A stretch of DNA of 64,000 nucleotides from Octopus bimaculoides (taxonomy: Eukaryota): positions 26,194,961-26,258,960 of the forward strand of contig NC_069002.1 of assembly GCF_001194135.2 (NCBI RefSeq), written 5' to 3'. The notes under the pieces were generated by a model. That model did no database searches. It was not told the DNA's origin and was given only the letters and a program-made list of their open reading frames with translations. Made by a program: the position numbers and the translations under genes. Within the stretch, counting starts at the first letter, position 1. Each line of letters starts with the position of its first letter. Below are positions 12,231 to 24,600 of this stretch, in pieces.

Positions 12231-13361
12231 GAACGGTATAATTGAGATGTTCGTTAAGTAACTTCACTCTCTGGCTGCATTCCAGATCAGTAATTAATAA
12301 TAGACTGTACTTTAAATATGTAGGGCAACTGCGACCAGTTGTTGTGTTATGTGTGCTGTGAAACACCAATGACGATGATGGTTATGATGATGATGGCAAT
12401 GTTGACGATGACCATGATGATGATGATAACAGCTATAACGAACCTTAATGATTGTGACAGCATAGCTTCTTTTGTAGCATTCAGATCACAAAAAATTAAC
12501 AAACTTTGATCAAATTTATGACATAGATAACACGAAATTTTGTGACATTTGTTACATGAATGCCAGACCAATTTCTTAGTGAAGAACTCACCAAACTGGT
12601 ACCAAACCATCATAGTTTACAGACTCGAGTTGCATCACAACAGAAAACACCCGATTCTTTCTCTGTTTCTGGTTTCGGTTTTGTTTACCTCGTTATTGTA
12701 AGCAATCTTAGTTAATATGATTTCACAAAAATAAATGACACAAACAAAATGATGTGATTAAAAAATTTCCAGAACGGTTCATTAAATTCTAATGTAGATT
12801 CTTTTTGTTTATTATTATTTTTGTTCAAAACGAAATGAAAAAAGAAAAAAAGCTGAGTTTTAACAATCTCAGTGATTCTACATCAAACACATGGCAACAC
12901 TGCCATTTTTCTTTCATGGAATTAATTGCACAATCTCAATCATGTCTACGTTTTCTTCTTCTTGTTATACAACCGTTTTTCTGGTGCAGCGCATCATCAA
13001 AGCGCATTTAATTGTGCAGCATATTGCAAATTATTTTTTTATATTTTTAACAAGGCAGATTAACTGACACACATGTGTGCACATGCGCACACAAGCACTA
13101 AAGTTACTGTATGTGTATGTGTATACTTGTATGTGTGTGTGTTTGGGGGCGGGTAATGTGGTTGTTTTGACACGCTTGAGCTAGCAGCTAAATCTTCTTT
13201 AAAGATTAATATACTGTGTTTTATAATCCAGAGTTCCCTGCACACAAGTAAAAGATGCGATACCTATGGTTGGGTTGTCTTTGATTGATAGGGGCTGACC
13301 TCATGCTAAAAGACAGGCACACACACGTACACACATACACACACCACCACCACCAGCATCA

Positions 13362-13600
13362 TCATCATCATCATCATCATCATATGTCTTCTCTTCCATG
13401 CTTGCATGGGTCGTGGAATTCGTTGAAGCAATCTGTTTTCTACGGCTGGATGCCCTTCCTGTTGCCTACTATCACCTGTATCCAAGCAAGGTAATATTTC
13501 CCCATGGCCAGATATGTTTCCATGGATGATTGGAAATGAACAACATCACTTGTAGTATGATGCTAATGATGCTTGTTAACAGCCATCGAGACAATAGCAC
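13362..13600 (-). mobile_element. Non-autonomous element ending in RTE-like 3' tail
   Basis: (CAT)n + TTTCTACGGCTGGATGCCCTTCC + GGTAATATTTCCCCATGGCCAG; related copies at 50750-50990, 58080-58290, 60790-60914. Confidence 0.65.
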
Positions 13601-13632
13601 ACACAAACCCATACACATATACATATACACGT

Positions 13633-14337
13633 ACTGATTCAAAGATTACAAGTCCAAGCCATCACTGGAACTGTAAAAAGCTGTAAAACTTTCCAGAAGT
13701 TTACCGTTTAAGTATATATGAGCATGTCTACACATGCAACTATATGCATGAGACGACATACATAAAACAAAACATACAAACCTGCACGTATACATGCATA
13801 CATACATACATACATGCAAACAAACAAACAAAAATACCCTGTTGATGTTGTTGAAATTCCAATGAGGGAGCCTTGGATCTAGGTTAGAAATTGGCTCTTT
13901 CTCTATTACTCTTTTACTTGTTTCAGTCATTTGACTGCGGCCATGCTGGAGCACCACCTTTAGTCGAGCAAGTCGACCCCAGGACTTATTCTTTGTAAGC
14001 CTAGTACTTATTCTATCGGTCTCTTTTGCCGAACCGCTAAGTTACGGGGACGTAAACACACCAGCATCGGTTGTCAAGTGATGTTGGGGGGACAAACACA
14101 GATACACAAACACAAATATATACATATGCATATATACGACGGGCTTCCTTCAGTTTCCGTCTACCAAATCCACCCACAAGGCTTTGGTTGGCCCAAGGCT
14201 ATAGTAGAAGACACTTGCCCAAGGTGCCACACAGTGGGACTGAACCCGGAATCATGTGGTTGGTAAGCAAGCTACTCACCACACAGCCACTCTTGAAATA
14301 AAACTAAAAAATGACATACATACATACATACATACAT
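13633..14337 (+). mobile_element. R4/Dong-like LINE 3' end, split by a SINE, ending in (CATA)n
   Basis: Matches reverse complement of 40518-40830; resumes after the SINE as CTTGAAATAAAACT..ATGACATACATACATAC. Confidence 0.8.
13907..14291 (-). mobile_element. SINE family A, full-length, nested in R4-like 3' UTR
   Basis: Colinear with 10018-10396 in reverse. Confidence 0.9.
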
Positions 14338-14409
14338 AATTAATTAATTAATGTGGTGCTTACAGCTCTTGTACCCTGACTATGAATTCTCATTTGTACA
14401 TATCATAAT

Positions 14410-14690
14410 AGCTTACGTACCAACAAATTTGTACCTATCATTAGGTTACGTACCAACAAATTTTGGAATACTCCATTTCACAGAAAAAGAACAAAAGAAA
14501 CTGTCACAGATTCTCCGAATCCAATCTATTAATGGCACAGTGAAGACATGTAAGATATTCCCAAAATTCTTCATCTGAGATTCTTACGTAAATAAATGCA
14601 CACACTTGGGTGCGTGCGCCAACAGTTCATCCAACATACTGACTTAAACAGATCCATACGAACAGCAGGAACTCTTTTGACTCTAAAAGC
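14410..14690 (+). mobile_element. Diverged second R4-like LINE C-terminal remnant
   Basis: LGYVPTNFGILHFTEKEQKKLSQILRIQSINGTVKTCKIFPKF resembles the C-terminus encoded at 40750-40890 (KLIRRLQIQSITGTVKIC-type). Confidence 0.5.
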
Positions 14691-14726
14691 CACGTCACTT
14701 TGTTTGTGACTGGCTTGACCTGTTAA

Positions 14727-14963
14727 CCCTTTCAATCCTGAATTATTTCTCAAGAATTTTCTCCCAATGCTGGGGGTTTGTATGTATGTGAACCTTTTGA
14801 GCTGTCATTATAGTGTCTAGCACTCCGATCATACGTGTGGCACAACATACTTACCAGAAAAACTGGAGTGGTACTATACTGCATCACATAGAATGGGAAT
14901 TTTAACGATTTGGGTTGTAAAATTTTTGACTGGTACAAATATGCACCAGCTGGGCCGAAAGGG
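14727..14963. mobile_element. piggyBac-like MITE
   Basis: TTAA|CCCTTTC ... GAAAGGG|TTAA. Confidence 0.75.
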
Positions 14964-15329
14964 TTAAGAAGAATTTTGATAAAACGCAAAGAAAACTACG
15001 TTCATTTATACATATACATATATGTAGGCAGACAGAATGCAAATCCTTAATTCATAGCCAACAAATGAACAAAATATCTGGGATTATAGAAATCTCCAAG
15101 ACCTTAAGATTTAAAGGATGCTGAGCAAAACAAGATGCTTTCCTTCACAACCTTGGAACCAAACCAGTGGCCCGTCATAATTTATTCTAATATTGGCTTT
15201 CAATTTTAGCACAAGGCCAGAAATTTCAGAGGAGAGGGTAAGTTGGTTACATCGACCCCAGTGTTTAACTGGTATTTGTTTTATCAACTCCGAAAGAGCA
15301 GTTTGTCCGGTATGCTAACGATTTTGCAG

Positions 15330-15670
15330 TGGCTATGATGATGATGATGATGATGACAATAGCATTGGCGGTAGTTGTGATGTTGGTAATGATGATAATG
15401 ATAACAGTAGTGGTGGTGGTTGTAGCGATGATGACAAAGCTGATGATGATGACAATGATGCTGATGATGACGATAATGGTGGTGGTTTTAGTGATGACAA
15501 CAAAGATGATGATGATGATAATAATGAGGGTGATGATGATGATGATGACAATGATGGTGGTGATGATGAGGATGATGATGATGACAATAATGGTGGTGCT
15601 TTTAGTGATGACAAAGATGATGGTGATACTACTACTGATGATGATGATGATGATGATGATAATAGTTGCA
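15330..15670. repeat. Degenerate (GAT)n array
   Basis: Imperfect GAT/GGT repeats. Confidence 0.9.
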
Positions 15671-16189
15671 ATGGTGGTGTTGCATAAATAAATGGGGTAC
15701 TTGTTTGGAGAAATACATGCTACCCCACATTCTGTTCTAAGACATTGTCTGTTGAAAGAACTGAAGGGAGGAACGGGGATGAGGTGAGGTGGGGAGAAGA
15801 GAATGACTGAGATAATGTCACTGAAGGCTCTTCACTCCTTCTCCTGGCAGTTTTACTTCATATTCTCTCAAATAGAACATTAAAGGTTTGGAAGGAGGGG
15901 GGGGGAGAAACCTCCCGCTCCACCTCTTCCCAGATGATCTGTCTGGGAACTGAACACAGACAGGAAATGAAGGAGGATGCTGAGTGGCAAAGTGGATGCA
16001 GTGAGAAAGATTTATTCCTTCAACGAACACTTTTGACAGAGGTCTTTTAGCTTAAAATAATATATTATAAACACACATACATACACACATGTGGACACAC
16101 ACACGCACACACATACACACATGTGCACACACACACACACACACATACATACACACACATACCTTCTTTAAGGGTATAAACTTAACATC

Positions 16190-16585
16190 ACCATCATCAT
16201 CATCATCATCATCATCATCGATATCATCATCTGCTTTTCCTGCTGGCATGGGTTGGATGGTTTGACGTGGAGCTGGCTTGCATGAAGCTGTCCAGGGTCC
16301 AGCTGTCTATTGAGGCTTAGTTTCTACGGCTGAATGCCCTTCCTACTGACAACCACTTTCAGAGTGTGCTGGGTATATTTTATGTGTCACCATCATGGGT
16401 GCATTAACACAGCACTGGCACGGGTGCCTTTTAAGTGGCACCGGCACCCGCAAAGGACAAGCCTGTATGAGTGGAGGACAGTGACTCTACTTAGCTTGAT
16501 GCTTCTTATCAAGTGCAGCCAATCGCCACATCTCTCGATCCCTTGTCATCTCCTTGGTGAGGACCAGCATCTGTAGATTCTTTCT
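16190..16585 (-). mobile_element. RTE LINE 3' end
   Basis: Minus strand EVVRKNLQMLVLTKEMTRDREMWR then UTR and (GAT)n tail. Confidence 0.75.
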
Positions 16586-16591
16586 CACCAC

Positions 16592-16990
16592 TTCTAAAGT
16601 GAGTCCACAGCTGTAAGCTACACCAGTATCGCATAACCAGCCCACTCAAAAGTACCTTGGATTGTAGCGCAACATGCTGTACTTGAGGAAACCTGTTGAG
16701 TCAAGTACATCAACATCAGCAATATCAAAATCAAATCAAATGGAAATTGTAGTTGTGAGCCCTGTACCGGTAGCATGTAAAAAGCACCATCCGAACGTGG
16801 CTGATGTCAGTGCCACTTGAGTGGCTTCCGTGCCGGTGGCATGTAAAATACAACATCCTATCGTGGTCGATGCCAGCTCATGTGGCCCCTGTGCTGGTGG
16901 CACGTAAAAAGCACCCACTACACTCTCAGAGTGGTTGACATTAGGAAGTGCATCCGGCTGTAGAAACATTGCCAGATCAGATTGGGGTCT
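16592..16990 (+). mobile_element. RTE LINE 3' UTR fragment
   Basis: Colinear with 5853-6295. Confidence 0.8.
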
Positions 16991-17221
16991 GATGATGTTC
17001 AGACATGGCTGTGTGATAAAATGTTTACTTCCCAGCCATGTGGTTCCAGGTTCAGTCCTACTGCATGGCACCTTGGTCAAATGTCTTCTACTATATCCAC
17101 AGGCCGATTAAATCCTTATCAGTGGATTTGGTAGATAGAAATTGAAAGAAGCCTCCCGTACATATCTCTATTTATCTGTCTATCTATCCATCCATTAATT
17201 GGGTAAAGACTCTCTTCAGTG

Positions 17222-17535
17222 ATGCATGACTATGGGATTGGATCTGGAAAGTTACCCTCCAAGGCACAAGTCTGGGCAAGGTTGTTTTGTGGAAGACCAG
17301 CAGTCACCCATGAATACCAGCCTCCCCTCTACACACCACTGACGTTATCCAAGGGTAAGGCAAAGGCCGATACAGCTTAACACCAGTGATGTCGCAACTC
17401 ATTTCTACAGCTGAGTTAACTGGAGCAATGTGAAATAAAGTGTCTTGCTCAAGAACACAACACACAACCTAGTCCAGAAATCAAACTCACTACCTCATGA
17501 TTGTGAACCTGATGCTGTAATGACTGAGCCATGCA
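17222..17535 (-). mobile_element. SINE family C, near full-length
   Basis: Reverse complement of 42101-42435. Confidence 0.85.
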
Positions 17536-17620
17536 GCTTTATATATATATATATATACAAACATGGATAATACTAAGTACTTTTTCTTTTGTGATGAAAT
17601 CTTTGAACTAAAAATTGTTG

Positions 17621-17714
17621 GTGGCTGAAGAGAGCTTTAAACCATCTTTTATATCAATATACCTATGGTGATGTAATAAGAGATTGTTTATAAAGCTTGA
17701 AACACGTGTACCAC
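17621..17714 (+). ncRNA. Candidate type-I hammerhead ribozyme
   Basis: GTGG-CTGAAGA-GAGCTTTA...TAAAGCTT-GAAAC-ACGT-GTA-CCAC. Confidence 0.6.
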
Positions 17715-18552
17715 AATATCCTTTGTGTTCTGTTTTCATTTTACGTTTTAATATATTCTCTCACCTCTACCACTATCTCGCATATACAGGTGCTTACGCT
17801 TATTAAGTATTACCTCTAAACTTACAGTACCTAAGTATATATGAAAATAAAATCCATTTGTGTTCTTATATACAATGGGCTTTGTTCAGTTTCTGTCTAC
17901 TAAATTCACTCATAAAGCTTTGGTGGCCCAAGTTGGTATGCAGTGGGACTGAACCCAGAGCCATGCAGTTGGGAAGCAAACTTCTTACCACACAGCCACG
18001 CCTGTACCTCTGACTTCAAAAAGAAAGAAAAAAAAATAGAAAAGGAAATTTGGAAATGAAAAAGAAGTTTGAGAGAAACTCATTAAGTTTTCTCATCATG
18101 TTTAATTAGTATATTTCGGAATGAAAAGTATTATAATTTGAAATATTGCAATTATATTTTAATGATTGTTTAAATGATATCTTACTTCATAAAACTTTAC
18201 TTTCATCTTCAAATAGAATTTAATTTACTTCGTACAAATAGATAAATATTCCGATCTCAATGAGGCAGATTTGGTATTTAAAAACAAACAAAACCACAAT
18301 GTAATTATTATTATTATTATTATTATTATCAATCTCCATAGATATTTGGTTAAATTTATTTATATCTCCGTCTTTATTTCCAATACATTCGATGTTTCAT
18401 TGTGTCTGATATCTTTCATCATGATGTGGGTCATGTGGGTTTGCAAACTTACACAATTACATATCTCATTGAATCAAACACGCCTAAATCTTCACAAGAA
18501 ACACATACATTGTTCTATTGTGCAGAATTGCAAATTCCAAAAAGATTTAGAT

Positions 18553-18670
<118 letters not shown>

Positions 18671-19185
18671 CATCATTGTATTAACTCTGAATGTGATTCT
18701 CATGGTTAAATAATAATTTACTCACAACTTTGTTATTTTTCATAGCAGCTAGAAATTAATTGTAATTAAATGTTTCTTTTATTTAAAAATGTGTATTTCT
18801 GTTATCACAATTACAGCTAATTAACGTAGGAATGATAACGACTGGCTCATGACAATAGCAGGTTTCCATCTTTGATTACTTTTACATCAAAAAGATAACT
18901 CTTCTTTCCAGACAACCATTCCATGGTTTTATGGATGATCAAACACAGACAGATGCGTTACTTAACGACATGCCAGAGATTGGCTTGGTTAATTTACAGC
19001 TAATGTGAATCACTCTCACCACATGATAACTAACTGTTAATTTTTAATTAATATTTGTAAACAAATCATTTCAAAGTTATTAACATGATTATAAACACTC
19101 TTTCAACATTCATTATATTGCTATTTAACTGTTGCTATTGACATATATCTATACACCTACACACACTCACTTGCATTCATACATG

Positions 19186-19220
<35 letters not shown>

Positions 19221-19382
19221 GATGAACGTTTACATGTTTATACACACAAACACACACAAGAAATTTGGGATGACAAAGGAATATACAATTCCTATGAACT
19301 TCATTAGTTTACAGCTTTCTCTCTCTCTATATATATATATACATAGATACATTTATATATATACGTACATACATGTATAAAT

Positions 19383-19540
19383 ATCATCATCATCATCATC
19401 ATCGTTTAACGTCCGCTTTCCATGCTAGCATGGGTTGGACGATTTGACTGAGGACTGGTGAAACCGGATGGCAACACCAGGCTCCAGTCTGATTTGGCAG
19501 AGTTTCTACAGCTGGATGCCCTTCCTAACGCCAACCACTT
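19383..19540 (-). mobile_element. RTE 3'-terminal fragment
   Basis: (CAT)n-CGTTTAACGTCCGCTTTCCATGC...GGATGCCCTTCCTAACGCCAACCA. Confidence 0.8.
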
Positions 19541-19908
19541 ATATATACATATATAAATATATATATATACATATATATGCATATATACATATATAAATAT
19601 ATATATCTATATATATATATAAATATATGCTGTTGTACTTGGGGATGGTCATGTTGCCAGTTTAGCCAATAAAAACACACGCACTGTATATTTGGTGTTA
19701 ATTTTCTTTTTTTTTTTTTTTTTTTTTTTTTTNNNNNNNNNNNNNNNNNNNNNNNNNNNNNNNNNNNNNNNNNNNNNNNNNNNNNNNNNNNNNNNNNNNN
19801 NNNNNNNNNNNNNNNNNNNNNNNNNNNNNNNNNNNNNNNNNNNNNNNNNNNNNNNNNNNNNNNNNNNNNNNNNNNNNNNNNNNNNNNNNNNNNNNNNNNN
19901 NNNNNNNN

Positions 19909-19949
<41 letters not shown>

Positions 19950-19953
<4 letters not shown>

Positions 19954-20170
19954 ATAGGAAAGGTAATACAACAAAAGAAAGAAAGAGACCTCAATATAAT
20001 GTAAATAGAGGAATTTATCTGTAAATAATATGTGACAATTATTCAGTAGCCATGATAAAACTCCGAGTTCGACTTGCACGGGCGTTGTGACCAGGTCTTG
20101 GAGAGGTGGCTACGGTCACCCGAAACTCAGTTTTATCATGGCTACCGAATAATTGTCACATATTATTTAG
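19950..20170. mobile_element. Inverted-repeat element related to 33540-33727
   Basis: Shared leader AAAGAAAG..CCTC.ATAT.ATGTAAATAGAGGAATTTATCTG; arms 20022-20069 / 20122-20169. Confidence 0.75.
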
Positions 20171-20776
20171 ATATATATATATGTATATATAGTTCAAAAA
20201 AACAATAACAAAAAAACAAAAAAACAACAAAGTGAGGATGTGATATGGATAGTATTATTGGACGCTCAGGAAAGGAAAGAGAGAGTGTATATATATATGT
20301 AAATATATATATATATGTATATATATATGTATGTATATATATATAGTTTATTCTCCATTTTCTTCTACTTGTTGTTTCCCTCTATCCTGATAATACTAAA
20401 ACTCTAGGGATGTTGGTGTGTAACTGAAATATCTCAGAAATAGTATATTTTATCTTCATTTTGTTTTTTACATACTTATTTTCATACTTACCTTCAGCGT
20501 TGCAGTACAAATTTCTGNNNNNNNNNNNNNNNNNNNNNNNNNNNNNNNNNNNNNNNNNNNNNNNNNNNNNNNNNNNNNNNNNNNNNNNNNNNNNNNNNNN
20601 NNNNNNNNNNNNNNNNNNNNNNNNNNNNNNNNNNNNNNNNNNNNNNNNNNNNNNNNNNNNNNNNNNNNNNNNNNNNNNNNNNNNNNNNNNNNNNNNNNNN
20701 NNNNNNNNNNNNNNNNNNNNNNNNNNNNNNNNNNNNNNNNNNNNNNNNNNNNNNNNNNNNNNNNNNNNNNNNNNNN

Positions 20777-20875
20777 AAAATTAAAAGAAAAGTTTTTTAA
20801 AAGAATATTTGCATGGTATTCAGTACTATTGAATACTATGCAAATATTCTTTTAAAAAACTTTTCTTTTAATTTT
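20777..20875. repeat. 46-bp AT-rich hairpin with 7-nt loop
   Basis: Arms 20777-20822 and 20830-20875, one G-T pair. Confidence 0.9.
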
Positions 20876-20932
20876 TCCTAAATTTTATTGTTTTCCATAT
20901 ATATCAACTGGTGTGTTCCTTTTCAACCTTCT

Positions 20933-20986
<54 letters not shown>

Positions 20987-21149
20987 GTATGTATATATAT
21001 ATAGTTTATTCTCCATTTTCTTCTACTTGTTGTTTCCCTCTATCCTGATAATACTAAAACTCTAGGGATGTTGGTGTGTAACTGAAATATCTCAGAAATA
21101 GTATATTTTATCTTCATTTTGTTTTTTACATACTTATTTTCATACTTAC

Positions 21150-21189
21150 CTTCAGCGTTGCAGTACAAATTTCTGTGTCATTTGGACCT
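21150..21189 (-). CDS. Candidate small internal exon of unidentified host gene (GPNDTEICTATLK)
   Basis: Minus: TTTGTATTTAATCATTTAAATAG|AGGTCC...CTGAAG|GTAAGTA; one open frame; non-repetitive; no homology recognised. Confidence 0.35.
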
Positions 21190-22123
21190 CTATTTAAATG
21201 ATTAAATACAAATTTTGTTATTTCTTGACAAAAAAATACATGGCTTCCATGATGTCAACATACATACACACATACAGAATACACATGCATATAATGAATA
21301 TCATGGTGTGTCACTCAACACAAACACACGGCCGCTATTTGTGACACGTACACACTCATAGTCTTCGCCTGCTCTAAGAAAAAAAACCTTTGACTTTTTG
21401 ACGTACACAATATTTTAATCATTTAGAAATATTTTTAACTGAATGCGATTTCATCATCCGGAGTTTGTTAATTTCCGTAAAATTTTTTTATTTATTTACT
21501 TTTGTTATAAAGTGAAAGATGTGTTTACGTGTATATGAAATGGATGTGTGTGAGAGAGAGGAAAAGAGAAAGTGAGTGATGGGATGTGTTGTCATGTATA
21601 CATACATCAATACATATGCATACATCTTTTTTGCATGTATGTGTGTGTGTGTGTGACAGTGNNNNNNNNNNNNNNNNNNNNNNNNNNNNNNNNNNNNNNN
21701 NNNNNNNNNNNNNNNNNNNNNNNNNNNNNNNNNNNNNNNNNNNNNNNNNNNNNNNNNNNNNNNNNNNNNNNNNNNNNNNNNNNNNNNNNNNNNNNNNNNN
21801 NNNNNNNNNNNNNNNNNNNNNNNNNNNNNNNNNNNNNNNNNNNNNNNNNNNNNNNNNNNNNNNNNNNNNNNNNNNNNNNNNNNNNNNNNNNNNNNNNNNN
21901 NNNNNNNNNNNNNNNNNNNNNNNNNNNNNNNNNNNNNNNNNNNNNNNNNNNNNNNNNNNNNNNNNNNNNNNNNNNNNNNNNNNNNNNNNNNNNNNNNNNN
22001 NNNNNNNNNNNNNNNNNNNNNNNNNNNNNNNNNNNNNNNNNNNNNNNNNNNNNNNNNNNNNNNNNNNNNNNNNNNNNNNNNNNNNNNNNNNNNNNNNNNN
22101 NNNNNNNNNNNNNNNNNNNNNNN

Positions 22124-22176
<53 letters not shown>

Positions 22177-22966
22177 TGCATATATAGGTACAGGACGTCA
22201 CCAATGGTGCAAATAACATGATATACGTAAATGAGAAATAAAATGGAAAACAGGACAAGTAAACACAGAGAGAGGACCCTTCATAAGTTGTTGGCTGTTT
22301 ATCTACTCCTTGTTTCGAGCATCCAACAACAATAGGAGTTTTCAAAGACAGTTGCTTCCATAAATTCTAAAATAAAATTTAGGATTTATGGGGGGTTAAA
22401 GTTGGGAACAAAACTATGACAATGGAGACATACAAGGAAACAAAATGTAAACAAACATGGAGGGTTGTTAGACCAGGACGAGAGGAAAATATAAGGTGTG
22501 ACTTTGAGGTTGAAAATTCTACCTGCCAGCCACATGGTTTCCAGTTCAATACTAATGCATGGCACCTAGGACAAGTGTCTTCTACTATAAATCCAGACAA
22601 ACAAAACTTGTGTGAATGTTTTTGGTTGATACTGAAAAAAGCTTATTCTGTATGTGTGTGTGTGTTCTGCATAATAGAACAGAATCTAAAGATTCTGCCG
22701 GCGGTCTGTGTTGGTAAAGCTTTATGTAGCAAAGCCAATAAAAAGAGTCCAGTGACCTTGCAGTGTGGAGTAGAAACCCCAATGTTTCAAACAGAGTCCT
22801 TCCTCAGGGGAAACATCTGAGAGGAGAGAAATTAATGAGAGACATCAGGGTGTGTGTATAAGTGTATTAATATCTCTTGAACGTGACATCGCACGGTGAT
22901 TGTAAAACAAATGTCACCATCACACAACTTGCAACAGAATGGATTCTGCTAAAGTTAATGATTTAA

Positions 22967-23184
22967 CCCCTTAGCATTCAGATTATTTCATCAAGTGTGA
23001 TCCTTATTTATTCATTGTTTTGAATTAACCTTACGTTAATTCATAGCCCTGAGATGTCAATGGTGTGATTGTTTATTTTTAGAATGATATTGTAGGATAG
23101 GTGTGAGAGACTGGATCTGGCCAGTTTGAACATAAAGCAGGTAGAATGCTTGGGCCTGATATGGTCAGTTTAAATGCTAAAGGG
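22967..23184. mobile_element. piggyBac-like MITE (second family)
   Basis: TTAA|CCCCTTAGCATT ... AATGCTAAAGGG|TTAA; related inverted partial copy 56052-56260. Confidence 0.8.
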
Positions 23185-23589
23185 TTAAAGGACCAGTAGT
23201 GGTCATGGTTAAATTAGGGAATGGATTCCTGGAGCAGACTCTCCTCTTGATTCTAATAAACAGGCCTGAATGTTAGCCACATGAATCTCAACAGCTTGTC
23301 CCCTAATCCCTGATTAAATTATAAACAAAAATACTAAAAATGAAAAAGAAAACACACAACACTTCTCTTTTTAAAGACTCCCCCCCCCNNNNNNNNNNNN
23401 NNNNNNNNNNNNNNNNNNNNNNNNNNNNNNNNNNNNNNNNNNNNNNNNNNNNNNNNNNNNNNNNNNNNNNNNNNNNNNNNNNNNNNNNNNNNNNNNNNNN
23501 NNNNNNNNNNNNNNNNNNNNNNNNNNNNNNNNNNNNNNNNNNNNNNNNNNNNNNNNNNNNNNNNNNNNNNNNNNNNNNNNNNNNNNNNN

Positions 23590-24600
23590 NAGTGATTGTG
23601 AGTAACTAACACCATCAGCATTTGTACTACCATAACTTCTACCACCACTGTTGTCATATCGCTGCCTCTAAAACTACCACCACCACCGCCGCCGCCACCA
23701 GTGCTGCCGCTACCACCACCACTACTGCCACCACCACCACCACCACCACCATATTCTTTAGAGTAATCCCTGGAGTGTTTCTTGGTTTTGCTATTTTTGA
23801 TCAAATATTTTGCAATGATATCTTGCAAACTGTGAAATTTGCTGAGAATACCTTACATCATGTAGTAGTGGTAGTAGTAGTGGTGGTGGTGGTCACAGCA
23901 GCAGCACCAATGGTAGCAGCAGTGGCCGCAGTAGCAGCAACAACAACAGCTCCAGGACATGTTTTGGGATCTTGCTATGAAACAGTATAATTTCTTGGAA
24001 ATCTTGCTGGAAGTCTTAAGGGAGACAGTTGTGTGTGTGAGAAGGGAGAGAGGGAGAGAGAGAGAGAGAGGGAGAGAGAGAGAGAGACAGGGAGTGGGAG
24101 AGAGAGAGGGAAATGAGAGACAAGGAGAAACACTGAGAGAAAATCGAGAAATAGAGAGAGATGGCGGGTTGGGGGGGGGTAATAATTATGGAAAGAGATG
24201 AAAAAAAGCATATGTGATTCCCTGTGACTTGATAAAAAAATGGCTTTAAATTAATCGTGATGTTGACAATGCAAGCTGGGTTCTATATCATCACCATCAT
24301 CATTATCACCATCGTCATTATCATCACCATAATCATCATCTTCATCATTGTCATCATTTATCATAATCCTCCTTGTCATCATCATCATCACTGTCATCAT
24401 TTTCATTACGTCCACCACCATCTCCACCCTCCTCTTCCTCCTCCTCCTCATCGTCGTTACTACCTCTACCACCATCACCACCACTGTCATTATTTTCATC
24501 ATCATCATCACCACCAGCAGCAACATCATGATTATCATCATCATTTTTCCTCCATCACCACCCCCACCATCACCACCACCACCCACTGCCTAACACCTCA
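23590..24600. repeat. Low-complexity block: (CAC)n/(GTA,GCA)n, (GA)n, (CAT)n
   Basis: Directly visible simple repeats. Confidence 0.85.

Noticed and set aside
11846-12245. Poly-M/I/D/H ORFs (also 15329-15691, 24251-24619, 30119-30682)
   Set aside because: Translations of degenerate GAT/CAT arrays, open in several frames on both strands, no splice or domain evidence.
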